Source: Moniliella sp. 'wahieum' (lineage: Eukaryota). From it: DNA of 64,000 nt. Location of the stretch: the NCBI GenBank assembly GCA_003971905.1, contig RSEE01000011.1, forward strand, positions 744,001 through 808,000, in the 5' to 3' direction. The notes beneath the pieces are model-generated. The model did not search any database, had not been told where the DNA came from, and saw nothing but the letters and a program-made list of their open reading frames with translations. A program made the position numbers and the translations under genes. Shown one piece after another: positions 51,869-64,000 of this stretch; the stretch's first letter is position 1; each line of letters starts with the position of its first letter.

Positions 51869-54636
51869 ATGGACGCAGGTGTCCTTCTCAGCAACTCCCT
51901 CTCCCCCGATGCTGCCATCCGGCTCAATGCAGAGACTCAGCTCGAGCACGCCGCGCAGGAGAACTATGTGCGTCCTTCTTCTCGCTTCTGGTCGTCTGCC
52001 CCGTTTGTGACACTAACAATTAACCGTTTCGTGCCCCCTGCAGCCCCAGTACATGGCTCTCCTGGCGGCCCAGATGGCGACCGAGGGCGCTGACCCCAGT
52101 GTCCGCGCTGCTGCTGGTATCGCAATCAAGAACGCCCTGTCGGCACGCGACCCTGTTCGCTCTGCTGAGCTCGCTGCTCGTTGGCAGTCGCTCCCAGAAG
52201 AGGCCCGGCTGGATGTCAAATCCAAGGCTCTCCAGACGTTGACCTCGCCGGTTAGCCACGTTGCCACGCAAGCTGCCCAATCGATCTCTGCCATTGCGGC
52301 CATTGAGATCCCACTGAACCAGTGGCCCGATCTCTAACCCAGCTGCTTGCCGCCTCCTCGGACGCACAGAACGCCAAGCTGCGTCAAGCGGCCCTACAGA
52401 CCATTGGCTTTGTCTGTGAAACCCTTCAACACAGCGATGCGCTCCAAAGCCATTCCAACGAGATCCTTACTGCTGTCATCCAGGGCGCGCGCAAGGAGGA
52501 GCCTGTCGCCGACGTCCAACTGGCTGCTCTCAATGCGCTCCTGAACTCGCTTGAATTTGTCGCTCAAAACTTTGATCGCGAGGGCGAACGCAACTACATT
52601 ATGCAAGTTGTCTGCGAAGACACACAGCATGCCCGTACGGACATCAAGGTCGCTGCCTTCAGCGTGCTGGTCAAGATCATGCCAATGTACTACGAGAAGA
52701 TGAAGGTTTACATGGAACAAGCTCTCTTTGGTGTACGCCCCCTCTTCCCCCTCGCCTCCTGCGTGTCCTCCTGTCTGTTTTTTTCCAGGCCACTAATTTT
52801 TTCTTTCTTTCTATATTTCGCCCTGTCCAGCTTACGGTTCTTGGTATGAAGGATCCAGAACCGGAAGTCAAGCTTCAAGCCATCGAGTTCTGGAGTACGG
52901 TATGCGACCATGAACTTGCTCTCGACGAGGCAGCTCGGGATGATGAGGAAGATGGTTTGATGCCCCAGCCATCGTACCACTTTGCCCAGGTAACAGGCCC
53001 GCAAGTTGTTCCTGTTCTGCTCGACCTGCTCAAGACGCAGGATGAGGATGCGGACGAAGATGAGTGGACGGTAGCCAAGGCGGCAGGCGTGAGTGTTGGG
53101 CTGTTTGCCCAGTGTGTACGGGACGCCATCACGCCCATCACTGTCCCCTTCATCGAGAGTAACATCAAGAATGCCGACTGGCACGACCGCGAGGCCGCCG
53201 TAATGGCCTTTGGCTCTATCCTCGCTGGTCCTTCGGAGACGATACTTCAACCACTGGTTCAGAGTGCGCTTCCGGCCATCATCGGCATGCTCCAAGACCC
53301 CTCGGTGGAAGTGCGGGATACGTCGGCGTGGACGTTGGGTAGGATCACCGACATCCATGTGGCAACCATCGACACGCAGACGGTTCTTCCCTTGCTGATC
53401 AAGGCACTTTTGTCTGCTATTCACGAGCAGCCGAGAATTGCGATGAACTGTGCTTGGGCTGTGATGAACCTGTGTGAGCAGATGCTCGGGGAAGACGCTG
53501 ATACCACCCCGCTTTCGCCCTACTTCCCGAGATTGTTGAGAACTTGCTGCGCGCAGCCGACAAGGACAGCAACGAGTCGAACGCTCGCACGTCGTCGTAC
53601 GAAGCCTTGTCTACTGCTGCGAGCCAGGCACCTAAGGACTGCCTGTCGTCCGTGAGCCAATTGCTTGTGGTTGTCATGCAGCGCCAAGAGAAGCTGAATT
53701 CTCTGGTGGGCCAGTTGGTCGGTCTGGACGATCGCAACAACTGGGCTGAATTGCAAAGCAACTTGGCTGCCGTTGCCACGTCGGTGGTGAGACGATTGGG
53801 CCGGGAGATCATGCCGGTGGCGGACCAGCTAATGACCAACCTGCTCACCCTTATCCACAATGGTGCCTCGGGGGCCAAAATGTTCGACTGTGCTGGAAGA
53901 TGCGTTTTTGGCGGTGGCAGCCGTGATCGCAGCGCTGGAGGCGGACTTTGCCAAGTACCTCGATGCGTTCCAGCCGTTTATGGTGGGTGCTCTGCACAAC
54001 CATGAGGACTTCCAGTTGTGCTCGATTGCAGTTGGGATTATTGGGGACATTTGCCGAGCCTTGGGCAAGGTCGCGGCACCTTACTGTGGGTCGTGGATCC
54101 AAGTGCTGTATGACAACCTTTCTTCTCCTACCCTCCAACGCTCGGTCAAGCCACCCATCCTCAGTTGCTTTGGCGACATTGCTCTAGCTCTTGGGGCTGG
54201 GTTTGAGCCCTACTTGTCAGCGACCATGATCGTGTTGGACCAGGCATCTAAGTTGCAAGTGACGGGTTACGACATGCTTGACTACGTGAATCAACTGCGG
54301 GAAGGCGTCTGCGACTCGTACGTGGGTATCGTGTCGGGTATTCGGGCGGACCAGCGAGCGGAGCTGATCGCTCCGTATGTAGAGACCATTCTGGTCTTTA
54401 TCAAGAGCGTCCATTCCGATCCTGAATACCGCACCGAGACGCTTCTCTCAGGCGCGCTCGGGTTGCTGGGCGACGTGGCAGCTACGTTCCCCAATCGCCA
54501 GTTGGTCGAAGCGTTGGCACAAGACTGGGTCGCCGACTTTATCCGCTCCGGCCGGAGCAAGCACCACGAACGGTCAACGCGGCAAGTGGCCACGTGGGCG
54601 CGGGAACAAGTGAGCAAGGCAATCACCCCTGCCTAA
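51869..54636 (+). CDS. KAP95: Importin beta-1 (karyopherin beta)
   Basis: IBN_N start (AETQLEHAAQEN, AAGIAIKNAL), EGERNYIMQVVCE, LQAIEFWSTVCD, DWHDREAAVMAFGSIL, VRDTSAWTLGRI and VKPPILSCFGDIA. Introns ~51968-52043 and ~52732-52830. Confidence 0.97.
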
Positions 54637-56060
54637 CACCCGGGTACTGGTTGTCCTGTTGTCCCCTTTGTGACCTCGTCTCGTCCCGCGTATCCCACCC
54701 CGTATCCCCGACCCATTTGCATTTTCGCCATTTTGCCCACTTCTCTCCACCCCACCCTGCCCCACTCCGCTCTTACCTTTCATCTTCAATCCCACTACCA
54801 CGCCACACCTGAGCTACACAGGGTCCCTATCTTTGCCTTCGTCCGCCCTTCATCTCCTTCCCATTTGATGCTCTTCCTTTATCCCACCCTTTTCATCTCA
54901 TCCTCCTTTTCTCTTCCCTTGTTTCTCTTTTTTCTCATGTTCTCATCCCCAACGCCAAGGAGGGGAGTGTTCCTTGGCTTAGGGGGCCCGCCTTGGTTCT
55001 TCTGGATGCCGTTTCGGGGATGCACTGGATCCCCTGGAGGAAGCTGGGGAGTTTCCTGGTGATCCATTACGGCCTTGTATGGTGGAAGGGAGCCGCCCGA
55101 AGGGGACTTCATGAGTGACGTTGCAAAGGCGGAGCTTGGGTTGCTTTGGTTGCTTCGGTTGCCGCACCTGTTCGTGTCTTTTGGTCTTGTTTTGAGGGAG
55201 AGGGGAGGTGGGAACTTAATGAGGAGTTTTTGTTCTGTCCTTCCTTCCGCCCTTATTTCCTTCTGTCTTCTCTCTTCGTTGGGTTCGCTTTGGGGGGGGG
55301 GGGGGGTCTACTTGCCTGGCACTAGAGCTAAAGCTAAGCCATGTTGGGTGGTTGTGAAGTTGGTGATGGAGGTGAGGGGGCAGCGGGGTAGAGGTGCCAG
55401 GGTCATGCCTGGACCCGTGAAAATGTATGACCTGTGTGGCCCTGATTTGATTTGCATGATGCATGGTTCATGATCCAGTTTGTCTGTAATCATGTAATCG
55501 TTGTTGGAGCCTGAGGTTTGCAGGGGGAAGCTTCATTGTTGAAGGTTAGCAAGCCCGCTCGGGCTTGTTGGTCTGGAATGAGACAGGTTGTATCGAGGTG
55601 TTTCTGAGGTCTCTCAGAGGCTGAGGAATTATCTAATTATAGGTATCGTGAGGCTTATTGAGGGGTCTGAATGGGAATTCGTCGTCTTTTCGTACTTTGA
55701 ATGGCAACCACCGGAGGCATGTGTGTGGATGAAGCGATGAAGTGAAGGAAAACAGACCGATCATTCGAATCCGCACTGGGCTGCCCCTCTCTGAGTCCAT
55801 TATAGGAGGGAAGCCGTTGTTGTTTCTATTAATATTCCGTCCTCTTCTTGTTCACCACCACCTCTCTTTCCCTTTTCCTTTACCCCTCTCTCACCTCGTT
55901 CCTTGATTATCCCTCACTGATCAGTCTGTGCTTTGGAGACTAGGTGTTTCCTAATAGGTCAGAGAGCCTTCTACAAGTCGCTACCGTTGTCAACCGAAAG
56001 GACATTATATAGGACTAGGATTAGAGTATTGAGACGCCAACATTTGTGGTGAGGGCAAAA

Positions 56061-56290
56061 AACACCTCTTCAATCGTCCACACCCTTATCATTTTACCCC
56101 TGTTTGACGGTTGCGGACAAGTGCTTGGGCCATGTTGAATGTGGAGAAGCTTGAAGACCCGTCAGAGAGAAGAACACCCTTCGGGGGGGGAAGCCACCAA
56201 TGTATATCGTTTGCTGTACATCTCAGCCGTTCATCATGATCGCATGCTACTGTCGGCCCAGGCCTGAATCCTGACGCTTTATCGGCGTAT
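56061..56290 (+). repeat. Degenerate direct repeat, copy A (left of nitrilase)
   Basis: Shares ordered blocks with 58600-58820: aacacctcttc, attttac, gacggttgcgg.caag, catgttgaa, gcttgaagaccc.tcagaga, cagccgttca, cggccca, atcggcg. Confidence 0.85.
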
Positions 56291-56665
56291 TTCTGTCCAA
56301 GTCCAGCACAGTAGTCGGCGAATCGTCGTGCCCGTCTGGCTGATGAGAACTGGGGCTGCTCGAGAGTGTGACGAATATGCACAGCTCATCCAGCTTGAGC
56401 CTCACTACGATCCTGCAGTCGCTATACGCAGATATGAGGTAACCTGAGACCAGAGACCCATGACTGATTTTATCGACTATCCTATAGCTACTATATGCGA
56501 CAGGTATTTTTGTGGTTGTCCTGTGGATAAAAAGTAGTGAATTGTGGTGGTTATACGCAGAATCTTCGCTCATAGTCATGGGACCCCTTTTGGGTCAGCT
56601 TTTCGTACTTTATACCTGGTAATGGCATTCAGGGCATGCCCCACAACCAGAGTTCTGCGATGCCC

Positions 56666-57730
56666 TCACTGCGGGCCAAGAGGAGTACGATGGGTCTTGT
56701 CGACGCCGAGCCAAAGCAAGTCGGAGCGAGAATAGTGTCCGACCACGTCGTCGTACACTTTGGCCGAAACACAGTCGTCCAAGTTGAGGTCGCCGTAAAC
56801 GATGCCCTCCTCGGTGGGCGAGAGCGGCTTCGAGAGAAGACGGCCGTCAGGGCCGTAAATGGCACTGGCACCGCCACCGGGCTTGCCGTACATGATGTGT
56901 CCCTCGGTCTTGTGCGCCTTGATACCTGCCTCGCTGAGGACGGCAGTGCAGCACAACCCGAAGGCACCTGTCTCGAGAGCGGTAACGCGAGTGGCCGCCT
57001 GGAACCCTCGGAAGCCATGCCCCAGTGCGGGTCGGTATCAGCGCCGCTGGGCCAGCTCGCTACGACGATCTGTACGCCCTGGGTGGCGGTCCAGTATTTG
57101 AGCAGCGGCTGGATGGTTTCCCAGCAGTTGAGTCCACCGACACGCCCAATTCCGGTACTTCGGCCACGGTGTTCAGGGCCGTCGAGTCGGCATCACCATA
57201 CACGGTGCGTTCCACGTAGGTGGCCTTGTACTTGCGCCGCGTCAAAAGGATCTTTCCGTCAGCGCCAATGATGGCCTGTGCGAGGTACACGCTACCACCT
57301 TCACGTTCGCTGAAGCCGAGCAGGACCGCTATGTTGCGCTCGGCAGCGGCAGCCCTGATCGAGTCCATCTCGGGCGAATTGATCGGCAGAGAGTTCTTAA
57401 CATAATCAAAACTGGTCTCGGGGTCAAGCCCGCGCATCCTGGTGAGAATCAAGACAGGTCAACACTCCTTGTCAAGCAAGTATACAAGGGCTGCCTATGG
57501 CAGGGGGTCACGGTGTATACACCAGGATAATGCACAGGAGAAGATACGTACCAGCGCCAGTTGCAGTAGCCAGGGATCCAGACCTCGGGAAACGTGACAA
57601 GCTTGGCGCCATTGTCAGCGGCCTCGTTAATCAGCTTGATCGTCTTGGTAACCGCCTGCTCCAGGTTGAACCAAGCGGGCTCGGGGGTAACTGCAACGCG
57701 AATGATTTGAGGGTTGAGGTTGGCAGACAT
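56666..57730 (-). CDS. Nitrilase (CN_hydrolase branch 1, arylacetonitrilase-like)
   Basis: Catalytic triad motifs FPEVWIPGY (E), [11 protein letters not shown] (K) and [14 protein letters not shown] (C); C-terminal [17 protein letters not shown]. Intron 57439-57551. Confidence 0.93.
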
Positions 57731-58599
57731 ATTGAATTCGGCGGGATATGTTGTGAGAGAAGACTGAGGATGGGTGGATAGTGTGGTGGAGGGGCGAGAG
57801 TGGAGATCCGATAGAGAGATGCGCTTTTATAACAGCATTGGGGGGGATGCAGCACACTTTCAAGGATGGTTGCTTCCTGGGTGACCCCCTACACAGAGAG
57901 GAGAACTCATGCAAGCTTGTGGAGGCCGTCGAGCATATCAGCATGGTGTAGCCTATACTACTGTCTCCGTGGAGATTGCATCTCCCAGCTTTTGACGATA
58001 TCAGCGTATGAGCCTGTATCTCCACCCAAAAGGAAGTTGAGGAGGATTGAGAAGCTGGCAATGTGATGTCGTTCGCTGGAACCCAACTTGAAGGGCTTTC
58101 CTTTTGGCTTGACCCTCCGGAGTTTGCAGCTTGTGGCCTATCTCCATTGCTCCAAAGCTCCGTCACATGTCAGCAGAGCTGTGTCAATCTTTCTCTAAAG
58201 AATCCCAGAGCCATTCTTGCCGCTCACTAGTGCCATCTGAATCCAGGCGGTGCACATACACCGTCGTCCGCTGTAAGAATTCTGGATGTGGCGGATATAG
58301 GTAATCATACTATAGTACGATAGCTTTTGAAAGACTTAGTTGAGGACTAACTCCGACATGGGCCCGGATTTAGGCCCTGTTAAAACTTTTATCATAGTAC
58401 CTGCATAACTCCATTGGGTTGCCCCGCTGACACATTCAAGGTGAAAGAACCACCACTCTTTCTTCAAGACACACCAGCATAGGCCAAATGAGGCTGGGGA
58501 GTAAGCAGTTGCAAGGACTAAGGGCTATGTACCCATCAACGGCCCGTCCATAGGTGGATGCCACAGAATGCGGCCGTTTGATAATTAAGGACGGTTATT

Positions 58600-58820
58600 A
58601 ACACCTCTTCGCGAGATTCGCTGATGAATCCTTATTTTACACCGATTTCGACAAGACGGTTGCGGTCAAGCTCTCGCGGGTCATGTTGAAGCTTGAAGAC
58701 CCATCAGAGAAAAGACACACTTCGGCAAAAATAACAATCTAATCCGCATCGTTGCTGTTCAGCCGTTCACCACGGCCCAAGGCAGCCAGATGCCAGTGCT
58801 GATCGCTGGATCGGCGATAC
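58600..58820 (+). repeat. Degenerate direct repeat, copy B (right of nitrilase)
   Basis: Same ordered blocks as copy A at 56061-56290. Confidence 0.85.
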
Positions 58821-59325
58821 CATACAGTACCATCCATATATTCGATTCCAAGTGGTGCATCAAGGGGGCATCAAGTACAAAACAAAAAAGTGCTTGATCG
58901 AATGTGAGTTGGGCGGGGGGTGGGGGATAACATAGAGTTGGGGTGAGCTGTGAGACGTTGTGGTGGGTTTTGGTAGGTTGCGGTGATTGATTAGGTAGAG
59001 AGGGTCAATGGGACCCTCTGGGCCAGCGAGATGGATTTCCAAAGACCTGTGCCAAAAAAGGTCTGTGCCACACAGAGGGTACAACTCTGATCCCCAGACT
59101 ACGCCTACCATCATGGCGCAGCACATAAAGAGGAGCAAATAAGGGGAGCAAGAGAAGCCAGCGAAAAGATATGCTTGTAGGCACACCATGCAACTGAAGA
59201 ATCCATCCAGATCAAAAAAAGGATGTTCGAGGGTATGTGGGTGAAGCTTTTTTGGTTCCAAGGCACGCAGTTCCGGGTTGCGTGAACTTAATTAAACGCG
59301 GTTTTAATACGGGCGGGGACGGCTA

Positions 59326-60117
59326 TTAAGCCTGCTTGTTTTGGTTCTTGACTTGCTCCAGAGCGACTTTGAGGTCGGGCTGCTCGTACTCCAGCGACTG
59401 GATCCAAGAGTGCTGTTGGTTGGATTCGCGCAGTTGTTCGATTTCGTCGCCGGGGGTCTTGACTTGCGCCAGAGCGGCCATACCCAAGATAGCACCTACC
59501 GTCACGCCCTGAGCCCAGACACGTGCCTGAACCAGCTTTTGCGGGCCAGTCATAGGTGTGGATTGGAGGTAGAGAGCGACAAGAGAAATGGAAGAGAGCC
59601 ATCTGCAAAGGAGGTATAGGTATGACGGGGACAGATAGTCAGTTCACTAGCCACTGCAGCGGGAGGGAGGAGGAGAACAGCAGAAGCTCTAGTAGATCAG
59701 CCCATGGGGGCAAGTATACGTACCCTCCGAATACGACGGAAATCTTATTGTCCTTGGCGAGTGTCAATGCCTTTTGTCCCGGGGTGAGCGAGCTCCAAAT
59801 CTGTTCTTCCTTGGTCTGGGAACGAGCGAGCATGGCGGCACCGGTGTCGTTGCGGTGGATGCGATCAAAGCGCAAGCCCGCCTTGTCAGCGGCAATGGTA
59901 CCCATGGCACAGGCGCTAGGAGAGAACAAAGGAGAAGCGAACGCTCGGGTGGGCGCGGGCGACGGCGGGCCACTTGCGCGAGGCGAGGTAGAGGAGGGTA
60001 GCCAATACCAGCACCGCCTCCTACGAAGCCGGCGACACCCCACTTGATGGTGTACTCGTACTGCGCATTGCGGAAGGAGCTGTCGCCGTACGCAGCGTGG
60101 TCGAGGGTGGAGGACAT
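59326..60117 (-). CDS. RCF2: HIG1-domain respiratory supercomplex factor, Rcf2-like
   Basis: IAADKAGLRFD, KDNKISVVFGG| and MTGPQKLVQARVWAQGVTVGAILG (QxRxxAQ HIG1 motif). Intron at ~59610-59722. Confidence 0.85.
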
Positions 60118-60858
60118 GGTGACGAAAGAGGAGGTGGTGGTGTGGTGGTGTGGTGGTGGGCTGCACTTACGCTGAATAGTGCTGTCCCATTTATTCCCAA
60201 CGGCAAACACGCGTCGGGAAGAAGTGGCAAGTGGAAAGCCAGACCTTTGCAAAAAAAGGCGGGAAGCGACCCATCGGTGATTGCCGATCGATGATCGGGC
60301 TGACCCGGAACCTGACAGCCCGCCTAGGCAGCACAGGGCAGTGCGGCGCTGTGTGAGACAGAGGCTTCGGGGTCCAACTGGAGCTTCCAGCCCATTGCAG
60401 CTTCCCGCCGCTCCCATCCGAACTCCAAACCGACCTGCCCGACAGGCCCCCAGCGGCCCCGCACGCTTGCAAATGGCGGCAAGTTTGGGTGCTGTAGCCG
60501 TGTCAGCCGCTCTGAGATCTGATCTGGTTGCACGCGCCTCTTGTCTTCTTTGTATACCTGACGTCCTCCTACTTCCCCTCGCCCAAGGGCCATCGTGCCA
60601 CATCAATCCAATCCATTAACCCTCTTCGTGCACACCACGGTATAGAGGTAAGGAGTAGGCGGCGAGGGAGGATTGAAGATTGAGGCTTGATACAAGGTAC
60701 AAGGTGCCAAAGATAATGGATAATCGATAACCATGATGCTGCATATTGCCGACACCCCACAGTGTCGAAATCGAGACAGGAGGAAAGAAACGAAAGAGAT
60801 GAGAGATCCGGGAACAGGCAGTGGTTGGGGGAGGAGAGACATGGGTGGGAGGATGGAA

Positions 60859-60967
60859 GGGATGGGATGGGATGGGATGGGATGGGATGGGATGGGATGG
60901 GATGGGATGGGGGGATGGGGGGATGGATGGGATGGGTGGGATGGGATGGGATGGGATGGGATGGGAT
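60859..60967. repeat. (GGGAT)n pentanucleotide microsatellite followed by G-runs
   Basis: Direct reading; roughly 20 units with interruptions. Confidence 0.95.
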
Positions 60968-62189
60968 AGAGGGGGGGGGCGGGGGGGTTCCAACGTTCAA
61001 GCGTCAAACAAACACCTGAGTCCAACTACACAACCCCCCCTCTTAACTCGAAGTAGAACCCGAACTCGACCCCGAACGCCACAACGAGAAGAGAGGAAAA
61101 AGAACTGATGTCTACTATCACTAGCGCTGCAGAAAGGAGAGAGAGTGGTCGGGGGACGCGAACCGGTCACTGGCCAGGACCCAAGAAACGCGGAACCCAA
61201 GCAAGGGAAGCAAGAAACCAAAAAGCAAGAGAAACAAAAGAGGCATTCTAGGGTATGAGGTAGCATTGAGAAAGAAGGAGAGGGGGCAGGACATCAGTCG
61301 CGGAAACCAACAACCACACTGGCAGACCCGACCAATCACAATGGGGTTGAATTGGTCGACGGTGGGCGGACGTATATGGGGCCCACCAGCTGCCCCCGCC
61401 TGCTTGCGTTCTGCAATGCAACATGTGAGGCACGGGATAGTAGAGCGCCAGGGCAGCCGTTGGGTAAGAGAAAGATCGCGCAAGGGGGAAGGGGTGGAAC
61501 GAGAGAGATGGGGCCGGGGGAGCGGGAGCGGGAGGGAGACGAGATGGTGTTCCAAGAACTAACGAAACGACAGAAAAGCTGTTTCTTTTTTATTTTCTCC
61601 CATACCAGTGCAAGTAGAGAAGAAAAAGGGGAGGAAAGGGAACGAGGGGATGGGAAGGTCGAAGCAGAACGCGCATGGAGTGTATTAAGGGCACTGAGTT
61701 TGGTCCGTAGTACTTGGCGCATACAACTCAAGTGGAGAGAATGCGGGAAGGCAGAACCAAGAAGCCCAGAAAGAAGCCCCAAACACAGAAACGAAGGTGC
61801 AGCAGCAGAGGTGCATCGCATCGTCGCATCCCGTACGTACCGCGGGGGGAGAGAGGTCGTGAAGAGGGTTGGTCGAGAACCGCACAAAGGAAGGTGGGTC
61901 ATATTCATAAACAAGTGACGGAGAACGGATGATGCGGCGGAGACGTAGCAGAGCATGAGAGGCCGACGGCCAAGAAGAATGGCAGAAGGTAAGAAAAAGG
62001 AAGAAACGCGAAAACACGAAACGCGAAGCGAGAAAGAAGAAAGAGAATGAGGGGGGATGCACCGACACAGTCAGACGCCGGCGAAGAAGAGGGCGAAGCA
62101 GCAAGCCAAGGAAGATACAGCAAAGGGACCCCCGGCTCGCAAAGCCGGACGAAAGACACCAGAAAACGAAAGAAAAAAGAAAAATGATG

Positions 62190-62397
62190 AATGAATGACG
62201 AATGACGAATGACGAATGACGAACGACGAACGACAACAAAAGACAAAGGACGACCGAAGAAAGAAAAAGGAACCCCACGATTCCTGATTCCTGATTCCAG
62301 ACAGGAAGCCAAGCCACCTCCACCATCCCTCATCCCTCATCCCTCATACCGAATGATGGACCATGAATCATGAATCATGAATCATGAATCACGAATC
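62190..62397. repeat. Cluster of four different heptamer tandem repeats
   Basis: (ACGAATG)n, (ATTCCTG)n, (ATCCCTC)n and (AATCATG)n. Confidence 0.9.
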
Positions 62398-64000
62398 ACT
62401 CGTGCGCACGATGAAACGCAGCGACCCAAGCCTCCGCGTCCCCGGCCGACTGGGCCGAAAGCAAAAACAGCTTGGACTGGTGCACGATGCGTACCGTCAA
62501 CTTATCCACGCGTTCCACGCGGCCAAACACACGGTGCCGGTGCTTCGGCGGCAGTGGAAGCGGAAGCGGAAGCGGAAGCGGAAGAGGAAGCGGCAGAGCC
62601 ATCGGCACGCAACACGGCAAACAACTCCAACACCATCTGCGTCGCTTGGAGCAACGGGCCTGCCGAGTCAGGAGGCGGAAGTAATGGTGCAGATGCAGGT
62701 TTCGTGGAGGTGGGTCCTTGGGCAGGGGGCAGACCAGCCACAGCTTCCGTCGCAGCGGCTGGGCCGCAGCTTCTTCCCCCGCTGCGCGCAGCAGCGGTAC
62801 GCCGTCAGGGCGAGCTTGGAGAAAGACAGCCAGGTCAGAGCACAGGAGAAGCACAAGAGGTTGATCGACCACCGTCTGTTCCAGCGTGGGCAGCAGGACA
62901 GAGGGGCGAGTCGGATGTGGTTCCGTCCCGAGCCGAACCATCTTGCGCAGAACCACAACACCATCTCGGATCAGATGCCGGTGCGGCTGGACCAACGGCG
63001 AGGGGAAGCTACCTACGATCCGAGCTGCCCATTCGGTCAAGCGTCGCGTCTGCTCGGCGGAACGCTTGGATTCGTTAATGGTATGCGCCAGTTCACGCAC
63101 TTGAACCAATGCTCGATCCAGCCGGCTGAGCGGGGCAGCTGGGACGGCTGCCGCCTTGGTACGCTCGTTGGGCTTACGCACCGAGGTGGGACGATGACTA
63201 TCGTAGACCAGGTCCAAGTTCCAGTCCATGTCCAGGCCTGCCTCGGCGGCATCCATCACCGAGGCAAACGCGGCCGCCGTGGCAATCCATGGCTCCGAAA
63301 GGGAGATGAGGGCGCTGCGAGGACTGGACTGGAGCGGTCCTGAGCCCAAGGGCGTGGACGTTGATGTCTGATGGGGCACAGGGGACGACGATGGGTCGGT
63401 ACTGGCCATGCTCGTCGACCGAGAACTGGTCACCGAGGCGGCGTGGCACGCACCAGAGCCTCCAATAGTAGTCTGTAACGCGGCACGCGTTGAACCGGGA
63501 GCATCAGGTACGACTCGATGGACATGTGCGTCCTACGTGGGTCGGCACATTTGCGCAAGTACTTTTGCCGAGCCTTACGTGCACTTTTGCCGAGAGCCAC
63601 CACTCGGGACGACTTGCCTGGCGTCAGGAGGGGTGCCAGGCTTGCGGGGTTTAAACTGGAAGCGGTGAGACTCGAGGTCATGGATGGAGTAAGAGGCGAA
63701 ACGGGTCGAGACAGGTCCCCTGACGGCGCCGAAAGGGAGGAAACCAGTTCGATAGGTGTTGTGACGGGTGACAAGGCAGGCGTGGTGGTCGAGGTCGGTG
63801 CGTGCAGCAGGGCTGCTAACCGCGCCTCAACGGCCGGAGGCACCGTCTGAGCATCCCACAACGCCGCGAGGTGTTGGGCCAAGTCGCAGTTGTTAATGTA
63901 GGTCGTGTACATGGAGAAGAAGGCCGAATGATGAAGGAAGACCTCGGCCACCTGTTCGGCAGCATCGACAGCCGTCGGGTCCGTCTCAAGGGCTTGGCTG
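62396..64000 (-). CDS. Rho guanine-nucleotide exchange factor (DH-PH), 5' end outside the window
   Basis: AEVFLHHSAFFSMYTTYINN and SIESYLMLPVQRVPRYRLLLEAL (DH); INESKR, LVQPHRHLIRDG, LLLCSDL and AEAWVAAF (PH). Confidence 0.9.

Noticed and set aside
60569..62340. ORFs rich in HPIPS, GWDGM or F/S
   Set aside because: They are translations of microsatellites and purine-rich non-coding DNA, with no protein-like features.

Overview
This is GC-rich, intron-containing eukaryotic DNA from a fungus, most consistent with a basidiomycete (short GT..AG introns with CTRAC branch points). The assembly is error-rich: single-base indels break nearly every gene, including RPS14, calmodulin and importin-beta, so coordinates are approximate and the frameshifts are read as sequencing errors. 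Positions 1-18 kb are an accessory-like region. It holds a pepsin-type protease, a YjbQ gene, a decayed CRE/Cnl1-like non-LTR retroelement preceded by a double hairpin and tandem repeats, a secreted 12-aa-repeat protein, a solo-LTR-like repeat and an amino-acid permease. Positions 18-55 kb are dense housekeeping genes: COG2, PFDN5, TRM732, GPI3, ARO8-like, NDUFB3, YAK1, a C2H2 factor, PEX16, RPS14, calmodulin, RTC4-like, COX9, a short SLA1-like gene and KAP95. After that come a nitrilase bracketed by ~230-bp degenerate direct repeats, RCF2 and a RhoGEF. The most unusual signal is a dispersed intergenic family of 7-bp-phased micro-arrays of form A-NNNN-T-(G/C). Their cores are often palindromic, and different cores (AAGCTT, AACGTT, ATCGAT, AGATCT, AATATT, ACATGT, AGGCCT, AGTACT) are exchanged while the register is kept.
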